The notes under the pieces are model-generated. The model made no database searches. It saw only the letters and a list, made by a program, of their open reading frames with translations, and had not been told where the DNA came from. The translations under genes and the position numbers were made by a program. A stretch of DNA of 63,072 bases, the filler included, from Choristocarpus tenellus KU-1152 (taxonomy: Eukaryota; Protista; Phaeophyceae), in the NCBI GenBank assembly GCA_964200185.2. It is 11 parts of 11 records of this genome, joined end to end, with 100 filler letters (N's around TTAATTAATTAA, not from the genome) between each part and the next. Parts side by side here need not be neighbours in the genome. Positions count along the whole stretch, not along the records: positions 20,497 to 31,318 come from CAXNAD020002691.1; positions 31,419 to 35,495 come from CAXNAD020016345.1; positions 35,596 to 40,400 come from CAXNAD020012989.1; positions 40,501 to 43,879 come from CAXNAD020020426.1; 7 more parts are not named here. One strand, given 5' to 3'. This document shows positions 26,737 to 40,619 of this stretch, one piece after another (positions within the stretch are counted from its first letter, which is position 1; each line of letters begins with the position of its first letter).

Positions 26737-26998
26737 GAGTCAAAGTATCTTAGAGGGTAGGGCCGCGTCCATTTGGGGATCAAAAACCAATGTTGCGATT
26801 TTGATGTAATTTTGGCTATCTTATTTTTAAGGAAGTGTCGATATCCTCGTTCTGGACACACACCTTTTCATAACGTACACATTTTACCTAATCCGAAACA
26901 TTTTGGAGTAGGTAAAATGTAATTTAAAAAAACATGGGAAGAAAGTCAAGTCCCAAACGGACAGAGCAAAACTTGTACCCTTTAAGATACTTTCACTC
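26737..26998. mobile_element. MITE family A (~255 bp), full copy, 4-bp TSD AGTT
   Basis: TIRs GAGTCAAAGTATCTTAGAGGGTA / TACCCTTTAAGATACTTTCACTC, flanked by agtt...agtt. Confidence 0.9.
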
Positions 26999-29900
26999 AG
27001 TTGTACTGAAGAAGCAGCAGTGTGCCTTTAGTTGGGATGGGATGACCCTTACCTACCAGTGCAAGTGGATATAACTACGTGCCACAACAAGGAGTACGCC
27101 ATAGAGAGCAGGATCTTGTCCTGATGATAAAGAAGAAGGTGAAGTTATGGTGGCTGTTGGTGTTGCCATCAGCTTTTTTGCTTTCCTGTTCTTTACATCT
27201 TGTACATTTCAAAACAATTGTGCTCGATAGAACTCACGCCAATCTCTACCTTGCTTTACTTCAAGTAATACCTAATTTTATTCTACTGTGCGATTCAGGG
27301 TTCTGGGTCAACCGAATATTTGAGACAAATCAATTGAGAGGTAGGCAGGTTCGGACTCTCTTGCACCTTAAGCCATCTTTCTCACCCTGTGCAATACACT
27401 CTATTTCATTGATTTATGTGTGTACAAAAGCGTACGCAAAATGGATAGTTCCCCTTTTCATGCACCACAGAGCGACACCACAATTAGGCAAAGCTCTTTA
27501 TCCAGTTTTTTTTTATGGGTAATTTTTCCCCTTCTCGGGATCCCTACAATGCAACCCTACCTACCTCTCAATTGGTTTGAATCACTTGGGTTTTATACTC
27601 CGGAGTGTATATTGTTACTTCGACCCTCCAAAGAAAATTAATTGTCCTGCCGTATTCTGAAAGTGTTGCATTGATATTAAATTGATAATTTTATTGAAGA
27701 TTGTGTTACTATTGCGATGATAAGGATTATATTTAACTCTCTCTTCTGTTCGAAAAATCCGAATAAATATTATACAGGTGGTCACATTATGGTTTGGAAA
27801 CATCATGGGCAATGGCGCCTCCCCAAGAGTATGTGTGCATAGCAGAAACAGTCTATCAGGGTGACAATGTTTTCGATGGCATTAAGTTACTTGGCATTCC
27901 TGTCTTGTTGCACAATGTACATTGGCTTGACACACATGCGTTACGTGGGGTATTTATTTAGTCTGGAAGGCTGGACAAGAAGATGACGTGCCAGAATGTT
28001 GATATTAGGAAGAGCTTCAGAAAGATGGCAGCCCCCCCTCGCTGATGTCTTCCGTCCTTCTGCTGTAAGCAATGATGCCCTGATGAGCACCCAAGAGGGC
28101 ATTGTTCAGGGTGACAAGTGGAGCTTGGACCAGATATTGTGCAGCTAGTTCGGTACAATCATAGAAGGGAGTGTATCTGGAGGTACTATTATTATATTCT
28201 TGATGTGTTGACTATTTTAGTTGTTCAGCATTGTGTTCACTTCGACACATATATGTTACAGGCGGTATGTCTTGATGGTGGTTTCATAAACAACATTATG
28301 ACATTGAAGTTCTAGATTTGATATATTTGTACTACTTGATTATTTATTTATTATTTGGTCATTATGGTCCCCGATTGTGATAAGACATCGTGGATCAGTT
28401 CCTTTCTTATTCGATGATATTGATGTTAATTCAAGTGAGAGATCCAGCATATCTGACGACTTGTGCATCAGGAGTCCTATACGTACATCAGTATCATCTA
28501 TATAGGCCCGTAGATTGGAGCTATACATCCTGTGGACGTAAGCTTTCTGGGGCGCCTGTAACATATACACTGATATGAGCCATGTGTATCTTGTGTACAA
28601 ATCATATCATCCTTATATATCCTTGTGTTCTGTTGCCTTTCAATCTTTGCTTAATGCAGGTGGATAACTCAACATGCGATACTGGATCATTTACTGTAGA
28701 TCAGGACCGCCATTATTGTGTAAGGAGTACATTTCAGCCAGGAACCCTAAAGACGAGTGAGAAATCGCATCAGATGAGTGGCAAAGTGCAAGGGGAGATC
28801 CAGTGGTGATTGAGGTGATGGCGGAAGTTGTGGAAGACAAGAATATGTACTTGTCTTGGAATTAGTAAGAGGGCGTGGGAATATCCCTGGATCCGAGGTT
28901 CAAGATGTGTGCTTCTGTTTTTTTGCCTGTGGCTGAAGCCAACCTACAGGAGAAGGCACGGACTGTGGGGGTGAGAAGATGTTGAGGAGGCTTGGTGGCA
29001 AGCCCCTCCAAGGGTGGAACGTGTGGCTGAGCCATCATCTGCCAAGAGACAAAGTAAGTACGGACAAAGTTCAGTGTCTCAAAGCTGCACACACTACTTC
29101 CTCTGGTGCTGGGGCCTCAAGTCCTGGTTCACCCAGTACCTCCACTACTTCATCCAAGAGATCCAGGGCAGCCTAGAGGGAACTTGATCGGTAGCTATGA
29201 GAGGACGAAGAACTGGATTCGGACACCTTCAGCCTGAATGTTATTTGGAACGGATATGGAGAAGGACATGCCATTAGTGGCACTCTTTGCACGACTCTTC
29301 CATTACAGTGAGCACACACACACAAAAATAGTTCAGAGTTGCTCATTGAAACCCGCAGTGAACTTCCTTGTTTATTTTTTGTCAGTTTGTTCTGCGAGAA
29401 GGGAAACGAAATTGTAATTTTCTCATCCAAGTGAAGTTTAATGATGATTATGATGATGTTGACATGAGGTCTGTTCTGCCACAATTTGTGCGTGTGCGCT
29501 CTATCTCTCTCTGTTTGCATTTCAAGGCCAACAAATAGCAACTATGTTGACATATGAATAGTATACCTATCCCACTGTGTGTCATAGTGTATGGTTTGTT
29601 GTGCGGTTCATATACTCTTTTGTTTAATCCTAAGTTTGGAGCGATAATTTTTTCATATATTATCTGGTGTGTGATACCTTGGTCTTTTCTCCACCTCTCT
29701 GTCTGTATTTCTCAAATGTAGTATCTCTCCGTCTCTAACACTAAACCACAACAGAAAACGTCACACTAATATTAAGGAAAAATAAGAGATTGAAGAGTGC
29801 TATAGGAGGAAGGAAAGAGGAAGGGTCAGGTCCAGGGGAACAACAGTCACAATGAGAAAAACTGGTAATTGATGCTGGTTTCACCACATCATGTCTCTCA

Positions 29901-30074
29901 CTGGGACAAATAAATGTATGTCAGCAGTAGTGGTAGTAATGTGTACGTGCGGTGTGGGGGGCACAATGTGCCCATCACATTTCAAAATTGTACATTGCAT
30001 ACATTACATACTCCTTACAAATTGGAATAATACGTAGAACAAATTGCACAGAAAGCATAATACTACATATTGTA

Positions 30075-31318
30075 CTACCTCTATGCCATAAGTTTGTGCC
30101 GCGAAACGTCTGGGCCCGCTGACCGAGAACGGAGCTGAATGCAAAGATAACCCCACGGAATGAAATCAGGTTGACAGTCTCAGCTTTCAGAAATGGTGGG
30201 GGTCGAGGATCATCAGGTAATAACTCGAGGTGCTTCAAGCCGCCAAAGTAGAGGTCTTTTGGGTTGATTTTGAGGCCAGAACTGGGCACTTCGAGGGTCA
30301 GAACGTCGGCATGGCAACCCCCCCGGTCAACGTAGGACCCCGCGTAGTAAGGGTGCCCAAGTGTCCCAGGTTTGTGCTTGCAGTGCGGCACGCCCTCGCG
30401 GTAGTCCCTGGTGAGCATCAACTGCCGCAACACATTGGGCCAGCCCTCGCAAAGGAGTTTGGAATGTCCGAGTGTTACATGCGAGGTCTCTGGGAGGATG
30501 TCGCCGATCAGCTCACCCGTGGCCACACACTTGACCTAGGGGTGGCGGCATGTAGTGGGCGGCCTTCGGAGCTCACACCGACCAAGATGGTCGCAATACA
30601 TAGTATCAACCCCGGTAATCGGTCATCCACATTGCGTCAGGTCAAAATGAAGATGACCGCCAAGGGACTGAATTATAAGCACGAGCATAAATAAACAGGT
30701 GGTTGGATGATATGGGGGCTGTGCCGAATCGCCGTTGGATCAAATCCAAGCTTAAATCGTGGCAAAAGGTATGGAGAATGGACTTTGTTTGTGATCAAGC
30801 GGGCCGGAAACAGGGTGTGTACGCCTCCATGGCGAACACGATCCATGTGGGTGAAACCTGGTTTGATGTGATGACTGATGGGAAAAGAGTTAGGGTATTT
30901 CCGCATGAGGGTGACAGCGACCTTCCAGGGTCCCCTGCTGTGAAACAAAAGAGGCATATCCCCAAACCCATGACCATTGCAGCCAACACCCGCCCAGCTT
31001 GGGCTCACAGCTTTGATGAAAGCTTGGTGTTTGGCGTGTGTGTGCGCCAAAAATGGCAGACAGGACAAGCCAGAACCATAGAATGGGGAATGTCTATGAG
31101 CAGGATTATATTTTAGACCATTTTTGGTACAGGAAGTGATACACGGAGAGGTTACTGCCTGCAATCAAGACCAAGATGCCTTGGTTGCAGGAGAAGCACG
31201 TTGTCATTCAGCAAGACGGTGCCACCCCCCACACGTGCAAGGGCAACTCAGAAATTTGTCAGGGGCAGGAAAGACTGAGGGGTGGTCGATTAGGCTTGTG
31301 ACACGGCCATCTTACTCC
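30075..31318 (+). mobile_element. Decayed DD39D (plant-mariner/Stowaway-type) Tc1/mariner transposon, 3' end cut by contig end
   Basis: Frameshifted ORFs 30311-30694, 30703-31116 and 31124-31318 give HTH...SGRPS, MANTIHVGETWF (first catalytic D mutated to G), HIPKPMTIAANTRP...FD, VIQQDGATPH (31203-31232) and IRLVTRPSYS (equivalent to QPPNSPD). Upstream TA|CTACCTCTATGCCATAAG at 30073-30092 resembles a Stowaway-type TIR. Confidence 0.85.
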
Positions 31319-34300
31319 NNNNNNNNNNNNNNNNNNNNNNNNNNNNNNNNNNNNNNNNNNNNTTAATTAATTAANNNNNNNNNNNNNNNNNNNNNNNNNN
31401 NNNNNNNNNNNNNNNNNNCCCCCCCCCTGATACGTTGAGAATGTACATAGAGTTATTCAAGAAAATTCCTTTTATTTATGTGTACATCTAGTTCATCTAG
31501 ATTTTTTTGTTCATCTTTCTTGTTTGATACATCCCACCTATTCAATATATTTTTTTAACTCTTCCCACCCTTGTACCCCCAGTGTTTCTCCTGCTTAGAT
31601 ACGTACAGAGACTTGCAGATAATACAATCAGCATGAACCTCTATTACCTTGAAGTATGAGTGTGTAACTCACGGAACAGGACTCCCATCGAAACACCCAG
31701 CCCAAGACAGGGTAATGTGCTTGGTGCCATACCATGTCCATCATCTTCAGTGGCGAATCAATATTTCTTAGAGGGCAGAGTCGCATCCGTTTGGGGTCCA
31801 AAATTCAATATTGTAATTTAGATGTAATTTGGGCTATCATGTTTGTTAGTGTCAATATTCATGATACCTACTCCATAACGTATACATTTTACCTACTCCG
31901 AAACATTTCGGAATAGGAAAATGTCATAAAAACCCCGTGGGAAGCCAAGCCCCCAAGTGCACAAACAGGGCAGCATAAACAAACAAGCAAACAAGTAAAC
32001 AAAACGGACAAAATTTGAAAATTCCCTCAGGCTGGTTCAAAAATCAAGCCTCTCTGACATAGCAGAACGAACAGGAACTAGTTAACAATACCCACCATGA
32101 CCTACCTCCCCTCGTGTGGTTACTGCTCTTTCAGGTTGAGGTTTCGTTGAACTCGGAAGAGCACCTACGAGCTCAGGTATTGAGGGGCATGGTCAAGGAG
32201 ACGGCTGCAGTGGAGGAACACCGACAGCTACAGACCAAACCATCAGTTTCCATCACTATGGCGGCACAAGACCTGCCCCTACACCTATGGGGTGTTGGCA
32301 GTGACGGGCACATGAACAATAACAACTCTCAATAGCACGGATCAATCTGAAAGTGCAGCATGGGAATCAGCTGCCGGGGCGTTGCAGCAGCAGCACCTTT
32401 GTCGACTGATTTTTGGGTGTGCAATGATTTGATTGATATCAACAAATGAAAATATGGTGACAACCAATGCAGCAGACAATTCCACAGTAGTAACATCAAT
32501 CCGAGTACTGCAGGCACTGCTGCATGCTGCAGCTACACACGTGTACAAAAGGATATTACACAGCACGATCAGAAGAAATCAGTGCAAGGGCACCTATCTG
32601 TAGCTTTCCCCCTCTTTTTGAGGAGGGCGGAACGGTCACATGCCAAAGGTGTGGGTCAGTGGTTTCTTCTCAAGGGTTTTTGTACAGTGTTTAAATGGCT
32701 GCTAATTCCATGGAACCTGCCACCAGCTCATCACTCTGCCGCCTTCTACAGGGTTTATCATGTGTCGCTTCTATCTTCAACTCAATAAGGAAGTTGGTGG
32801 TTGTGGTAAATAAGTCAGATTCGCATGGAAAATAAACCACTTCATCTTATCAGTTGACAGTCAAAATATTGATTTTCCGTCTTTTATGGTGCAACAAACC
32901 ATAAGCAGAAGCTGTAAAGAAACTATGGTTTGACACATCTGCAAATCTTTCACCACCTTGGTTGAGGTTCACTATGACAAGTCACATAGGCATGGCGGTT
33001 TCATAATAGTAATAAATAAATATATATATAAATATATATATATATATTAGTATGATCTTTCTTTGTGTGTTGACAGTATGTACCACATAACCATTCCAAA
33101 GACGCCATATTTAAGAACACTACATAAGAATGATAAACTTACAATAGTGAGAAATAGTAATCAGACGACAATAACATGAACTGAGCATGGCAATAATAGT
33201 CCCTAGTAGCCCGTAGGGTCCAGAATACTTCTCACAAATGCTAGCCAAACAACAGAGATAGGCCTCGCAAGCAGACCTTGGCACCCACTTTACCAGTAAG
33301 CCACAGTGCCATGCAGGAACTATTGTAAATCAAGTGCCGTTGTCATGTTTCTCTGCTTCTTTTTCCGCTGCACATGAGAGAGTATGTTATTACTACCACA
33401 AAAAAAGAACCACCTCTCACTCCAGCGCCACGGACTTTTCTGGAGAGCTTCACAAACATTGTCTGCAAGCAACGAACAACGTTTGGAATTAGGTACAACC
33501 CAAGATAATACAGAACACAGGTAGGTATTCTAGGAGGAAACACCGAAGCAGAGATGGGACAGGAAGGGTATCCCCATGGAAAAGCAACAATCACCGAGTA
33601 GGCAAGTCCATCAAAGGTGTACCGACAAGGTCAACGGGGAAAAAAATTCCGAGTATTATTACTATTATTATTGTTGTTTTCACTATTATCACCAACGAAA
33701 AAAAGCGCGTAGGACAGAGCAAGCTCTCAAATCCCACATGGCCACACCAGTTGGTAGCTTACCCCATTCCTTTTCGAATACAACCAGAATGAAGACTGAG
33801 CAAGAGTAAGCGAGAGGTACCCAGAGTTGTATTTCAAGGATACTGGCAAATATGTGCAAAATTCATCTTTTACAAATACCTGTAGGATATTTTCTGAATT
33901 GTGTCGAATTTTTTTTAACAAAAGAGAAATCAACGCTCTCAAGAAAATAGAAATAAAAAGTTGACACTTCATTCATAGAACCATGGGTGATCTTATATAA
34001 ATGTATATATATATATATATAAATATGGACGATTCGCAAAAGATTAAAAAATTGGCTAAGAATGCAAAACGGTCAAAACATGGATACCTCTCGGTTACTT
34101 TGACTCACTCCCCCAAAATGAAGATTGCCTCTGTTTCAAAAATGCAATTGTTCAACATACTGATACACCAATGTACTCTCTCAGGGCAGCTAGATGCAGG
34201 ACTCTCAGCATAGTAGACATGACCCCAAAGTGCTCTCAACACCTCAAACTATTATTTCCACGAACACCACACTACAAGTACAGATAGATACGCACCTTGA

Positions 34301-35376
34301 GAAAGGCTGGCTTGACTCATTGACAACAAAAAATAACAATAGTGTAGATAAAAAACAAAGATACAATGACATTGTAGGTAACCAAAAAACAAAAAATCAT
34401 GCAGGTGAAAAAGAAGAAAGAGATTTTAAAAACGAAAAAAAATCGAACACTAAGTTTCATCAGGGGTTCATCGGCTTCTTTGCAAATGCTCACCTACACG
34501 ACAATAAAAGAAACATAAAAATCCAACAATTGCACGTACATGTCGCCAGGACGTGCAATCGGGCAGACTTTAGCAGCTGCCCCGCCATTAAAGGTTGTCC
34601 CTGACTAGAGGGATAGCAACCCTAGACCAAAACTGATCCAAGGCCAACAGCCTATGTCAGTCTATGAGCACTTTCAACTGATGTAGAAGTCCTCTTCATA
34701 GTAAGCCTTTCTTGTTTTCCCAAGCATCTTGTTTTAGAGTTCTAGGACTATCGTTGGCGTATACCATATTCCTTTACTACCATCAAGGCCTTGCAAAGTT
34801 TGTTACATTCTATACCCTGTTATAATCTTCAGACTCTGTTAAGTGTTTCTGTTACCTTCCAAACTTGATGTCTCTTCTCTCTCCTACACGACAACATCAA
34901 TCAATGTCAGTGGGTATAGTAACACATACAATAGTTGAATACAGTATACAAATACCCCACCACTAGAGCTCTAGTACATCAGCACACTTCAACAAAAGGC
35001 ATTAAAGACACCCTGCCACAAGGAGGCACCCCCCCCCCGGCCCAATCAGGATAAACCCCATCCCCACCCTCCCATACATAGTCCCAACACCACATTGTGA
35101 CATATCTCAAGGCAGACACCCTGCAAAGGAGGAAGCCCTCCCATGCACTTTGAGCTCTGCCCGTCATTAATGCACAATTCAGTGGGGTCACAACAAACGT
35201 AGAGCCTCCTTTATGGATGATACCCTACTTTAAAAAAAAACAAAAAAAATGCAATAATAATGAGGAGGTTGGCTGGGCATGCGTGCATACATATATGAAT
35301 GTGTCTCATCCATGTATGACACACAATGGTAGGCAGGTATACCTGTGTTCACGCAGTGACTGCAACATAGGTCTGG

Positions 35377-35378
<2 letters not shown>

Positions 35379-35422
<44 letters not shown>
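35379..35422. repeat. (GA)n microsatellite
   Basis: Uninterrupted GA run. Confidence 0.98.
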
Positions 35423-35425
<3 letters not shown>

Positions 35426-36543
35426 CGCAACAAAATCGTCTCCACAACCTTCTCCATGTCCCCCACCCCTCCCATTGCCATCACCCCCACTTGAANNNNN
35501 NNNNNNNNNNNNNNNNNNNNNNNNNNNNNNNNNNNNNNNTTAATTAATTAANNNNNNNNNNNNNNNNNNNNNNNNNNNNNNNNNNNNNNNNNNNNGCTGG
35601 CCAAGTGAGTTGACTTGAGAGAAAGAGGGCGGTACTGTACACCCCCCTCCCTCCCTCTATTCCCCCTCCCTCCCCGCCCCTCCAGAGTTTCCTTCCCTCT
35701 TCTTTTGTTGATGCAAGAGTTGATTGGTGCCAGCTGTTCTGATATCTTAGTCTCTCATGAATTTGCCAACAATTTTCCTCTTTTTCCCGGCGAAAGGTTT
35801 CTGTGTTAGGAGTGTGATCAAATCACTGAGCCATATGTTGTTGGGAGGCCCAGCCATACCTGCGCTGTTTATTGCCTTACCCAAATAATCTCCACATTTC
35901 TATTTTGTATATATTTCAACAGAATACAAAACTGTTTTATCTGTGAAGCGTCTGTGAGTTGCTGGCGTCTCTTAAGGGTCTCGATAACCTGATAACCTGA
36001 AAACCACCCAACCACCTTGATCCTCCTTTACCCCCCTGGCTTTATCTGCTGCACATACTGCTATTCCAACCCCCATCGATGAGCCCCCTGCTGTCTTGCC
36101 TTTATATCTTTTTGAATCCTTCATGCGGAAAAAGGTCGGTATGCTATGACAGCGGGTCTTTCTGTTCAATGTAACCCTCCTGGAAGAGTAGTGGAAACCC
36201 CATTTTTTGTTGTTGTGGTAGGCGTGTGGGATGTAGGATTCAAACGATTCAGCAACTGCTCGACCTTGTCCGGCAATGTCTGTCATGTTTATGTCCGAGT
36301 GCAGATGCAACAACTCAATTTGAAAAATGCCTTTTTTTTCTCCGTCTCTCACGGGACACCCTTGGGATGGACATTCTGATAGTTGTTGTTGTTATTGTTG
36401 TCCAACATGTGCTGTTGAGGAAGTACAAGCCGTGGAGATAGACCCAGAGAATGGGGGTAGTAAGGGCCTCACAAGGGGGGGGGTTGACAGGTGTCTTTCC
36501 TGTGGAATGCCCTGAGTCCCTGTACAAAAACACACACTGGACG

Positions 36544-36587
36544 GATGAGAGTACTTCATTCCCCTGATGAGAGTACTTCATTCCCCT
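36544..36587. repeat. Perfect 22-bp tandem duplication
   Basis: GATGAGAGTACTTCATTCCCCT occurs twice in a row. Confidence 0.95.
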
Positions 36588-39500
36588 GCCGATTCCCCCC
36601 GATGCGATACTGACAACAAATTTTGGAGGATAGGTAGAAATCTATGTTCTTGTCCGTGTTACTTGTCCATCAGCCTATTTTTTTCACTCTGCCAGCTGGA
36701 CTGCTAACTTCACCCATTTTGAACACCCACTGTGATGCCCATGTCGGATGTGGGGGGTCTGGGGCGCGTTGGGGGGGTGGGGGGGGATTCCGATAGGGGA
36801 CTATTGCCTTCAGTGACTTTGAATGGCCTCATTCCCCGTCAGATCCCTGAGGAGGAGGTGTTGGTTGTGGACGACAATGTTAGCCCACACGAGGTGAGGC
36901 TTTGTGATCTGGAGCACCCATCCACCGCCTCCGGAAAAGGAAAACTCTTCTGTTGTTTTTTGTTTGTTAAGAGTTTGTTGGGGTTTTTTCAATTAAATTG
37001 GTGTTTTTGGGGGGGATATGTATGTGTGTATAATGATCACCACCTCTTTGTGGTGGGTGGTTATTTGAAAAGTTTGTGTGAGACTCATATTAAGATTTTT
37101 TTTTACTTTTCAAGGCACTAGGTTTGCAGCATGTTTTGTGTGTGTGTGTGTGTGCACAATGTGATGAGGTCTCAGGGAGGTACAGGAGGAAAGGTTGGGA
37201 ATGAAAAATAAAAAATTGACGAATGAGAATGGAAGAAAAATTCCCGTATCTTTACATGGTAGCTATCGTTAGGAACCACACTAGACCTACGTAATTTGAA
37301 TCACTTTTTTTTTTAGTGCATGTAGAATAAATGACATTAATTTTGTGTTCTGCAATTTCATGTATACTGTGGATAGTTCATCCCCTGTAAAAAGTTGTAA
37401 GGTATTAATTGGCATTGAAGGGTCTTGATAGAAAGTAGGCTGTAATCCAATCTCAATTTCCACTTCGTTTGAGTAGTTTCCTATAGATTAGAAAAAAGTA
37501 CTCTGGAGTACTCTGTAGCATTAGAGTATAGCTCTGGAGCCAGGTCTCAAAAGGGATACTAGTTTTGTATTGTCTCTGTAACAAAATTACCGTAGTTTAT
37601 TTGGAGGTGGGTTGCTATGGAACCATTTCCAATCCAAGTATGTTGGTCTTAATACTGGTTTATGAGAGGTGGTAGTTAAGAGTAATTATAGTAACGTCTG
37701 ATCCGTTCTGAAGGGACTTTGTCATCATCACTGCACAGGTTGGAGGGATGCGGTAAAAAACAACCTCGGTATGAGGCATTGTATACTTGCATGTGGAGAT
37801 CAACCAAGAAAAGGGGAACGATAACTTTGGACAGGCAACTGTTTATACAGACCGAGATTTGATTGGTTGGTTGATTTAAGGTTGCTGTACAGGCCACTAC
37901 ACGGGTATGGTATGACCTCTACATCACCGAAATGTGCTGTTACATGTTTTTTTTATCCAGTTTCTACTCTGGTAAATACTACAAAAAAACAAAAAACATC
38001 GAAAAATATTATTGGAGTATTTTTTTTTGTCTCAAGGATGTTTTAGTAATTGTTACGTTTTTTTTTCCCATACGTTTTTTGGGATTGCTGTCCCTGCTGC
38101 CATTGGTCCACGCCGCTGTCTCACCGCCTGCCACGATGACTGCGACCAATCGACATTCTTGATCTCGAACAGATTGCTGCTTTCTACATCAAGGATGCTT
38201 TGGCAGGGAGGGAGACTGTTGCCTGTGTGCATGGGGTCCACTCCTTTGCTGCTCTCAAGGTTGGCTCAGTGAAGAGGAAGTATATGTGTACTGGGTGCTA
38301 GTGGTCGTGTGTGCCTTTGGTGGAGTGTAGTATGGTCCCTCTCTGAAGTGGGGAAATGTAAATAGAAGAACTGGCTTCGGAGGGTAGGAAGGAAATGGAG
38401 TACTGTTTCCTGAAGTGTAGGAGGAGGAAATCATGTAGGTTTTTGTGGAGGATTTGAAGGCGGTGTGTGTCTGCTGCAGGAGGACCTTTTTTGGGTATAG
38501 TGAAGAGGTTAGCCTGTAGCACTTTGGTGTTGTAAGGGTGGTTGAGATGTTGGTGATACGTCAGGAGAGAGAGGGATAAAGGAGGGGGCCTAACCCTTCC
38601 CTTCTACATCTATTTTTATTATTGGGAGTGTATTTTCATTCCTCCCTTCTTCAAAAAACGTCCTCCATGAAATCATGTGTGGTGTTCAAGCAATTGGAAA
38701 CCTCAAAATTCGCAGGGGTCATAATGGCAAAGTGACTCTATAGTCGGCTCTATTTTGCCCTTTATCTGGCTGAGAAATTGGGGGGATGATGCTGACTCTA
38801 TTCTACCATGGATGTTAGAGATCTATGAATATATATATGCCTCTGCCAATTTTTTTTGGTGTCTTCCGCAATCCCTAAGATATCAATATTGAGATATTGA
38901 TGTTGTGTCAACATTTTTTGTTGAATATATTGCATATTGAATTTTTTTGTGATTAATACTTAAGGGGAGATGGGACATAGGTTAATCTGTCTGCAAGTGA
39001 GCAGGTATCACAGGTACGGTGACTGTTAAGATTGGCATGAATTAAGTAACTGTTTGACATCCCACTCTCCAACCAACCCACCCCAAAAAAAGAGAAAAAA
39101 AAGAGGAAAAAAAGGAAAAAATATTTTCTTCTTGGTATCACGTTTTCTTTCTAATCAAGACATAAGCATGCATGCCTGTCTGAGGTGTTCTGACTATTTC
39201 TGTTTACCTTTGTCACTTTGCTGTGAATTGTGGTATCTCAACTTTTTTTTGTTTTTCAGCAACAACAGAACAAGACATGGAACCAGCTCATCAACGTTGT
39301 GAACCTTGTCCATTTGGCTCTGCCTATGCTGGAGGTACCTATGTGCCTACCCTGTGTGGGACTGCAGCCCCTTCCGGTGGTGGATAATTCGCTGTGGGAT
39401 GGTGAGAAAAAGTACAAGTGACTTGAAAAGGTGTAAGGGACTTAAAAATGTATATGTGACTTTAAAAGGTGTATGTGACTTGAAAGGGGGTATGATGGGA

Positions 39501-40619
39501 TTAGAGTCAGGGTTAGGGTTATGTTCATGGCATATCTTTTGGCGATGTATTTTTTGTAAAATTCAGGTGGTGTGTGTTGGTGTGGGTAGGGGGAGATATA
39601 TAAGATACCCTTGCTATGGGTGACTCAGGCGTGGGCTTGTACTTTGTTTTATTTATGCAGTTGAGGTTTTAATGATAGTAGCAATGATAATGTTGTTGAC
39701 CACTGGTAATAGGGATACAATCATTGTTAAGTAGTGTGTTGATAGTTATGGTAGTAGTATGGGGGTGCTATTTGATAGTGTCCCTGTGGTCACACTAACA
39801 GTGTAAACACTTGATAGTGTAAACATTTATACAACACTTGATGGTGTAAACACTTTAGAGTGTGACCAAACCTGTTGAAAGGTTTAAACCACCTCCGTAG
39901 TCTGTGATAATACTATTAATGCAATAATTGCACCTATGTTGGTAGTATTGTCTTTTTACCGATTCCTCGCCCCTCTCTTTGAAGTAGTCCTCCTTCTGAC
40001 CCCTCTTCTCCTTCCAGTCAATGCATGTGTGCTTCCCCCACGTCCAGAGGAACAGGTCTTCCATTCTCTTTTTCTTTTTTCTTTTTTGTTTCTCACTCTG
40101 AACATGTTAGGTTTTCATCCACTTCTAAGAGACTCGCCCACACTACAGATGATTTTTAAGCGTTACACAGTTAACTAAGCTTACGTTTTGTCATGTGCTT
40201 GTACTTCATGAGCCTAATAGGTTGGGCCGTGGTGGGGCCTGAATAACTGTCCTGCATGATACGACCTGGACCTTATGTTCCCCCCTTGGATATATTTGAT
40301 GACAAAAGAGCCCCGTGTGACAACCCCCCCCCCCCCGCGCTTTTGTTCTGCACGTTATGGGCGGCTATTACCATCAACTGATCAAAACGCCCCGCTGCTT
40401 NNNNNNNNNNNNNNNNNNNNNNNNNNNNNNNNNNNNNNNNNNNNTTAATTAATTAANNNNNNNNNNNNNNNNNNNNNNNNNNNNNNNNNNNNNNNNNNNN
40501 ATACCCAAAAAACAAAACGTAAAATAAGTGTTTTTATGGTGCCCCACAAAGCCCAGAAAAAGACCCCTGGTTCTAACACCCCCCCCCCCCCCCCCCCCCC
40601 TCCTATAGGATACTATGGA

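Noticed and set aside
31598-35180. Candidate small exons (32135-32335 on +; 33425-33465, 34538-34600 and 35120-35185 on -)
   Set aside because: Splice-like sites exist, but I could not build a consistent, recognisable protein, so these are not reported as features.
35217-35543. ORFs with ERERER / LSLSLS repeats
   Set aside because: Translation of the (GA)n microsatellite.
38298-38560. LFTIPKKG motif reminiscent of a LINE RT N-terminal region
   Set aside because: A single short motif in purine-biased sequence with no downstream RT motifs.
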